A stretch of DNA of 20,000 bases from Nitrospirota bacterium. Lineage in GTDB: Bacteria > JACPQY01. This document shows positions 16,235 through 20,000 of the stretch, piece after piece. Location: assembly GCA_016180645.1 (NCBI GenBank), contig JACPAV010000025.1, positions 47,884 through 67,883 of the forward strand, read 5' to 3'. A program made the translations under genes and the position numbers. Position 1 is the first letter of the stretch; the number at the start of each line of letters is the position of its first letter. A model generated the notes under the pieces. That model did no database searches and had not been told where the DNA came from. It saw only the letters and a program-made list of their open reading frames with translations.

Positions 16235-16318
16235 TGCGGCTGGCTGGAGTTGCACCAGCATGGGTGTTACCCCACAAGCCTCTCAAGCCTGCTCGTCTGC
16301 TTGTTCCGACACAGCCGC
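16235..16318 (-). tRNA. tRNA-Leu(GAG)
   Basis: CAGGC-TTGAGAG-GCTTG. Confidence 0.9.
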
Positions 16319-16324
16319 GTATTC

Positions 16325-16408
16325 TGGCCCCGCCAGGATTCGCACCTGGACGGCCTTCTCGGCCGGCGGGTCTTAAATCCGCCGCGTCTGCTGTTTCGCC
16401 ACGGGGCC
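16325..16408 (-). tRNA. tRNA-Leu(TAA)
   Basis: GCGGA-TTTAAGA-CCCGC. Confidence 0.9.
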
Positions 16409-16416
16409 TCCGTCTC

Positions 16417-16430
16417 ATTGTCAAAGAACA
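16417..16430 (-). promoter_or_regulatory. boxA-like antitermination element TGTTCTTTGACAAT
   Basis: Resembles rrn boxA (GYTCTTTRAMAA) in a tRNA spacer. Confidence 0.55.
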
Positions 16431-16438
16431 ACCACATT

Positions 16439-16522
16439 TGCGCCGGGAAGGACTTGCACCTTCACGCCCTTTCGGACCACGGCTTCTGAGACCGTGACGG
16501 CTGCTGTTTACGTCACCGGCGC
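16439..16522 (-). tRNA. tRNA-Leu(CAG)
   Basis: ACGGT-CTCAGAA-GCCGT. Confidence 0.9.
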
Positions 16523-16528
16523 GTCATT

Positions 16529-16609
16529 TACCGGAGGTGGGACTTGGACCCACACGCCTTTCGGCACGAGCTTCTAAGGCTCGCGCGTCTGCCGTTCCGC
16601 CACTCCGGT
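16529..16609 (-). tRNA. tRNA-Leu(TAG), C55
   Basis: CGAGC-CTTAGAA-GCTCG. Confidence 0.9.
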
Positions 16610-16617
16610 ATCAAACT

Positions 16618-16699
16618 TGCCCCTGGAAGGATTTGCACCTTCACGCCTTTCGACAGCGGATCTTGAGGCCGCCTCGTCTGCTGATTCCGACACAGGGGC
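16618..16699 (-). tRNA. tRNA-Leu(CAA)
   Basis: GCGGC-CTCAAGA-TCCGC. Confidence 0.9.
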
Positions 16700-16984
16700 G
16701 CTTCGATAGTCCCTGAAATCATTGGCGTCCGCTTCCCGGAATTTCCGGAGCAGCGAATCGTACCGCCTCACCATGTCCATGATCTCGTCGTTCACAGCGT
16801 CTTTCCCTTCACTTTCAATTTCAAATTCCTCTTCATGAGCCGGTGAATCGTTCCCCCGGCTACTCCCGCCCGTGGAGAGGCGACCCACCCACCATGCTTT
16901 GCCGCCCGCTCCAGGGCGGCTTCTCTATTCCGTATCCACATGTTTCCCGGCTTTCCCGTCATCTCAACCTCGTCAAAACAAAAA

Positions 16985-17130
16985 GACAGACCAAGATGGC
17001 AATTGTCAGGGCCACGGCTGCTTTCCTTTCGGGTTTCTTTGGATCAGCTCGTCGTAACCCTTAGAGGGTTGACGTACCGAGCGATCCTGTGGACAGCGTG
17101 GCGCCTAATATCAAGCACCACACCAATAGA
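16985..17130 (-). ncRNA. Rod-shaped RNA with central bubble, 6S-like candidate
   Basis: Nested helices GCCACG/CGTGGC, GCTG/CAGC, GGATC/GATCC, GCTCG/CGAGC, AACCCT/AGGGTT; asymmetric bubble with GAAA mini-hairpin; U-rich tail. Confidence 0.5.
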
Positions 17131-17147
17131 CTGAACAAGAACCGCAC

Positions 17148-17220
17148 TGGCCACCCCTGGGATCGAACCAAGCTCTCCCGCTTTTCAGGCGGGCGCAGCG
17201 ACCACGTTTGCTTGGTGGCC
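17148..17220 (-). tRNA. tRNA-Phe(GAA)
   Basis: CCCGC-CTGAAAA-GCGGG. Confidence 0.9.
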
Positions 17221-17273
17221 AGTTCGATTCCCGTAAAGAAGGGCTCAGTGTTCTTGTTCATGCTGATCTTTTC

Positions 17274-17302
17274 TTTGTACTCGCCTCCTGCGTTTTTGTC
17301 AA
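17274..17302 (-). promoter_or_regulatory. Promoter for the left tRNA block, TTGACA-N17-TACAAA
   Basis: tgtcaa 17297-17302 and tttgta 17274-17279 on the plus strand, ~55 nt upstream of tRNA-Phe. Confidence 0.65.
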
Positions 17303-17307
17303 GATCG

Positions 17308-17511
17308 CATGGCGAACACACCGGAGACTTGGGGACCGACGTGGCCGCGCTGAGCCAGGGCCTCGATTTCAACGGAAACAAACGCGGCATAGCCCTTGAG
17401 GTCGTTCGGATGAGCGACGTCGAGGCGGCCTACATCCTGTTCAGTCGGTCCGACGCGAGGACAACGGGTTGCTCAGGGCTGGTCGGTTCGGGCAACATCA
17501 TCGACCTTTGA
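17308..17511 (+). pseudogene. Internal fragment paralogous to the 11201-12085 lipoprotein
   Basis: GDLGTDVAALSQGLDFNG...DVEAAYILFSRSDARTTGCSGLVGSGNII versus GDLGTHVAALTQGTDFDG...DVEAAYILFDRSDAGATGCSGVAGSGNII. Confidence 0.85.
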
Positions 17512-17649
17512 CCCCGAAACCCCGACACGGTGGCCACCACTCACATACATGCAAACTTACAACATCTATCTTCCCACTGCCCCTATTATCGAATTTTTCA
17601 CGAAAACGCGGAAAAGGCCAATACATAGCTTGGGAGCGTGAAAGATCAA

Positions 17650-18450
17650 TCAGGCGTGAGCGGTGGCCTCGGTCCAGCCGAGAAGGTAGGTGATCCGCGG
17701 CCGGCCGATCCCTGGGGAGAGCCGCCCGATCTCGAACCGGTAACCGTTGCCGTCGGTCAGCCCCTCGGTCAGACGCTCCAGTTGCCTAGGGGTAAAGACT
17801 CTCATGCACGATACAACCCCGTCCCACATGGTAAAGAACGGCAGCACCGGAACCAGATAGGTCAAGAGCAGGCGCTGCAATTTAGGCGGCCGGATCAGCG
17901 GGGCGGACAGAAGGACGCCTATCGGGACAAACCCAATCGCCGGCAGCGCCATGCGCTGTTCAACGACCTCGAAAATGCCGATCGGAGCGCCGGACTCGAC
18001 CGCATCGCGCAGGATCGCCCGCGCCACCGGCGACGGCATGTGGTGAAATGCATTGAAGATCGTTCGCACTCCCTTAAGGTCGTGCGGGACCGCCGCCGCG
18101 TCGACCGGGGTTGAAATGAATTCGATTCTTCCCCCCGACTCCTGCGCCGCCCGGTGGAAAGCCCCGGTGTTGGGGTACTTGTCGGTCAACGTGATCCTGA
18201 CCGGATATCCCGCTTTGCGAAAAAGACTTTCCATTCTTACTTGCGGCCCGCTTCCGCCCGACCCCATGTCGATGATCCGTTCCGTGTCGTGCGCGCGCAA
18301 CCACTCGACCATCTTCGGTACGATCGGATCGAACGCGTGCGACACCTCGTTTAGGTAGCGCAAGCAGTCGGTCATGTAGTCGCGCCACTGCACCGGAAAC
18401 CACTGGAAATCCTCAAACTCGAACAGATAGTCGCGCAACATGGGCGGCAT
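17650..18450 (-). CDS. Class I SAM-dependent methyltransferase-like protein
   Basis: Motif I IIDMGSGGSGP, ITLTDKYP, VDAAAVP, FNAFHHM. Confidence 0.8.
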   Translation of the reverse strand: MPPMLRDYLFEFEDFQWFPVQWRDYMTDCLRYLNEVSHAFDPIVPKMVEWLRAHDTERIIDMGSGGSGPQVRMESLFRKAGYPVRITLTDKYPNTGAFHRAAQESGGRIEFISTPVDAAAVPHDLKGVRTIFNAFHHMPSPVARAILRDAVESGAPIGIFEVVEQRMALPAIGFVPIGVLLSAPLIRPPKLQRLLLTYLVPVLPFFTMWDGVVSCMRVFTPRQLERLTEGLTDGNGYRFEIGRLSPGIGRPRITYLLGWTEATAHA

Positions 18451-18616
18451 TCGTTAGCCCACCCCTTTCCGCTCTGCTGCCGCAACAACCCTCCCCGCCC
18501 CAGCCAACAGGCCCAGCAGCCCGAAGGTGGTCCATGAGTTTGGGAGGGAGTCGAGTCTCATCGGCCCATCCTATCACTTCCCTGCGCCCCCCTTCCCACA
18601 GGGCCTCCCCTTTCTC

Positions 18617-18895
18617 TCACCGTTCTTCTCTTTTTCCTCCCCCCCCGCCCCGCGCGCGCGGGGAAAAAGAGGGAGCGGTGGGGGGAACCAGACCCTTGTG
18701 GGAATGCTGGGCCGACAGCACGCTCAGGAAAAGGCCCTCGATCCGTTGGTGCGCCTGGCGCCGGGCCTCGCGGACGAGATCCTCCAGGACCGTCTCGCCC
18801 GGCTCGACGTTCATCTTACAATCGAAGGAGACCGATCCGTGTGACGACCCTCCCGCCCATGGCGGGAGACTGTCACGGGGATAGAGGCGTGTCAA
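18617..18895 (-). CDS. Possible small hypothetical protein
   Basis: Amphipathic core VLEDLVREARRQAHQRIEGLFLSVL; same strand as neighbours; no clear SD. Confidence 0.3.
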   Translation of the reverse strand: MTRLYPRDSLPPWAGGSSHGSVSFDCKMNVEPGETVLEDLVREARRQAHQRIEGLFLSVLSAQHSHKGLVPPTAPSFSPRARGGGGGKREER

Positions 18896-18921
18896 CGCAC
18901 GAGAGGGTGCGTGGCGAATCG

Positions 18922-18996
18922 TGCCCTTGGAGGGATTTGAACCCTCTGCCTTCCGGTTCGGAACCGGAGATGCAAATCCAGTTACACCTCAAGGGC
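18922..18996 (-). tRNA. tRNA-Arg(CCG)
   Basis: TCCGG-TTCCGAA-CCGGA. Confidence 0.9.
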
Positions 18997-19002
18997 CAAA
19001 CT

Positions 19003-19073
19003 TGGGACCGGAGCGAGTCGGACGCTCGTATCCGCGATGTCACCACGGCGCTCTGCCGTTGAGCTACGGTCCC
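19003..19073 (-). tRNA. tRNA-Val(GAC), C55
   Basis: CCGTG-GTGACAT-CGCGG. Confidence 0.85.
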
Positions 19074-19074
19074 G

Positions 19075-19145
19075 TGGAGCCGCAGGGAATCGCACCCTGA
19101 TTTCATCCATGCCGAGGATGTGTCCTCCTATTGAACGACGGTCCC
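19075..19145 (-). tRNA. tRNA-Ala(GGC), C33
   Basis: CATCC-TCGGCAT-GGATG; G3:U70. Confidence 0.85.
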
Positions 19146-19151
19146 AAACTT

Positions 19152-19226
19152 TGCCCCAGGTAGGACTCGAACCTACACGTTGCCCCGCTCGTAACGGGGT
19201 GGCCTCTCCAATTGACCGACTGGGGC
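19152..19226 (-). tRNA. tRNA-Arg(ACG)
   Basis: CCCCG-TTACGAG-CGGGG. Confidence 0.9.
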
Positions 19227-19236
19227 TCGAACTGGG

Positions 19237-19310
19237 GGTGACTGACCGGACTTGAACCGGCTACTGTGAGGGCCACAACCTCACGCCTATCCTCTTCGGC
19301 TTCAGCCACC
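19237..19310 (-). tRNA. tRNA-His(GTG)
   Basis: TGAGG-TTGTGGC-CCTCA; G-1:C73. Confidence 0.9.
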
Positions 19311-19317
19311 ATAGATT

Positions 19318-19389
19318 TCTGGGCGCTGCGAAGTCGAACCCAGTCCACGGCGTTCCCGACACCGGATGCAGCCTCTACACCACGCCCAG
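19318..19389 (-). tRNA. tRNA-Pro(GGG), C33, irregular T stem
   Basis: CGGTG-TCGGGAA-CGCCG. Confidence 0.8.
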
Positions 19390-19396
19390 TCCAACT

Positions 19397-19467
19397 TCTG
19401 GGAGCTTGGGATTGAACCAAGTCCACATCGTTCCGAACGATGGAGGCGACCTCTACCCCACTCCCAG
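19397..19467 (-). tRNA. tRNA-Pro(CGG)
   Basis: CATCG-TTCGGAA-CGATG. Confidence 0.9.
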
Positions 19468-19473
19468 TCGAAT

Positions 19474-19544
19474 TCAGGGTGCCTGGAATTGAACCAGGTC
19501 CACATCGTTCCAGGCGATGGATGCGACCACTACACCACACCCTG
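19474..19544 (-). tRNA. tRNA-Pro(TGG), C33
   Basis: CATCG-CCTGGAA-CGATG. Confidence 0.9.
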
Positions 19545-19546
19545 GG

Positions 19547-19619
19547 TGCGCCCGGTAGGACTTGCACCTACACTCTCAGCCTTATCAAGACTGCGCTTCA
19601 CTGTTTAAGCTACAGGCGC
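19547..19619 (-). tRNA. tRNA-Ile(GAT)
   Basis: CAGTC-TTGATAA-GGCTG. Confidence 0.9.
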
Positions 19620-19625
19620 GAAATG

Positions 19626-19698
19626 TGGGGCCGGTGGGCTTCGATCCCACGTCTTCCGCTTAAAAGGCGGATCGTGCTCCCGACTCACCTACGGCCCC
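19626..19698 (-). tRNA. tRNA-Lys(TTT)
   Basis: TCCGC-CTTTTAA-GCGGA. Confidence 0.9.
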
Positions 19699-19747
19699 GT
19701 TCTTTTGTCGTCCTCTCCTTTCATCGGACGCTCCTTTCAAACATGGG

Positions 19748-19818
19748 TGGAGCCACGGAGATTTGAACTCCGATCTCAGCGGTGCGGACGCCGCATCCTC
19801 CCATTGGACGATGGCCCC
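19748..19818 (-). tRNA. tRNA-Ala(CGC), C33
   Basis: CGGCG-TCCGCAC-CGCTG; G3:U70. Confidence 0.85.
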
Positions 19819-19827
19819 AATACATTT

Positions 19828-19900
19828 TGGGTCCGGTGGGACTTGCACCCACAGCTTCCGGTTTAAGAGACCGGCACTCTGTCTGTTGAGTTACGGACCC
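19828..19900 (-). tRNA. tRNA-Lys(CTT)
   Basis: CCGGT-CTCTTAA-ACCGG. Confidence 0.9.
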
Positions 19901-20000
19901 GTGATGACAAAACACCTGCGCAAGCATCTTTCTGGTAAGGGTTGGAGTTCTGGAAAGACCCTTGCGCTTACCGTGCCGCTGGACGCGGGACGGCGATGCG

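Noticed and set aside
14930-16497. Long plus-strand ORFs (144-246 aa) over the array
   Set aside because: Antisense shadows of tRNA genes with no protein motifs.
15954-16609. Possible suppressor/Sec/Pyl tRNAs (TGA, TAA, TAG triplets)
   Set aside because: These are anticodons read 5'-3' for Ser and Leu; no CTA, TTA or TCA anticodon was found.
14463-19900. CRISPR-like periodicity
   Set aside because: Repeating units are cloverleaf tRNAs, not identical repeats with spacers; no cas genes.
19918-19967. Hairpin GCGCAAG...CTTGCGC upstream of tRNA-Lys(CTT)
   Set aside because: At the window edge; not a cloverleaf and cannot be interpreted without flanking sequence.

Overview
GC-rich bacterial accessory region in two parts. 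Left (1-14.3 kb): the 3' part of a hybrid sensor kinase, an AbiEi/AbiEii-like type IV toxin-antitoxin pair with a symmetric operator, small basic proteins (one a 51-aa SWIB-like protein missing from the ORF track), a lipoprotein nucleoside hydrolase, a SEC-C motif protein, a GH5 endoglycoceramidase-like lipoprotein, an unknown lipoprotein, and a protein containing a degenerate Tn3-transposase segment. Two non-coding repeat families are interspersed: a pair of promoter-driven sRNA-like genes sharing a C-rich-loop hairpin, and T-shaped palindromes flanked by ATGAT. Right (14.46-19.9 kb): a minus-strand tRNA array of 35 tRNA genes plus one remnant, in two blocks split by a methyltransferase gene and probably continuing past the window. 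The tRNAs deviate systematically from consensus (A18/G55, A54, non-U8, C33, A37 after G36, an Ile-UAU). Most striking: tRNA-Val(UAC) is interrupted in the D-loop by a 113-nt structured element with perfect 15-bp terminal inverted repeats. The array also holds a Thr/Gly chimeric tRNA, a 40-nt minihelix remnant and a ~150-nt rod-shaped 6S-like RNA. All calls are by eye; no searches were run.
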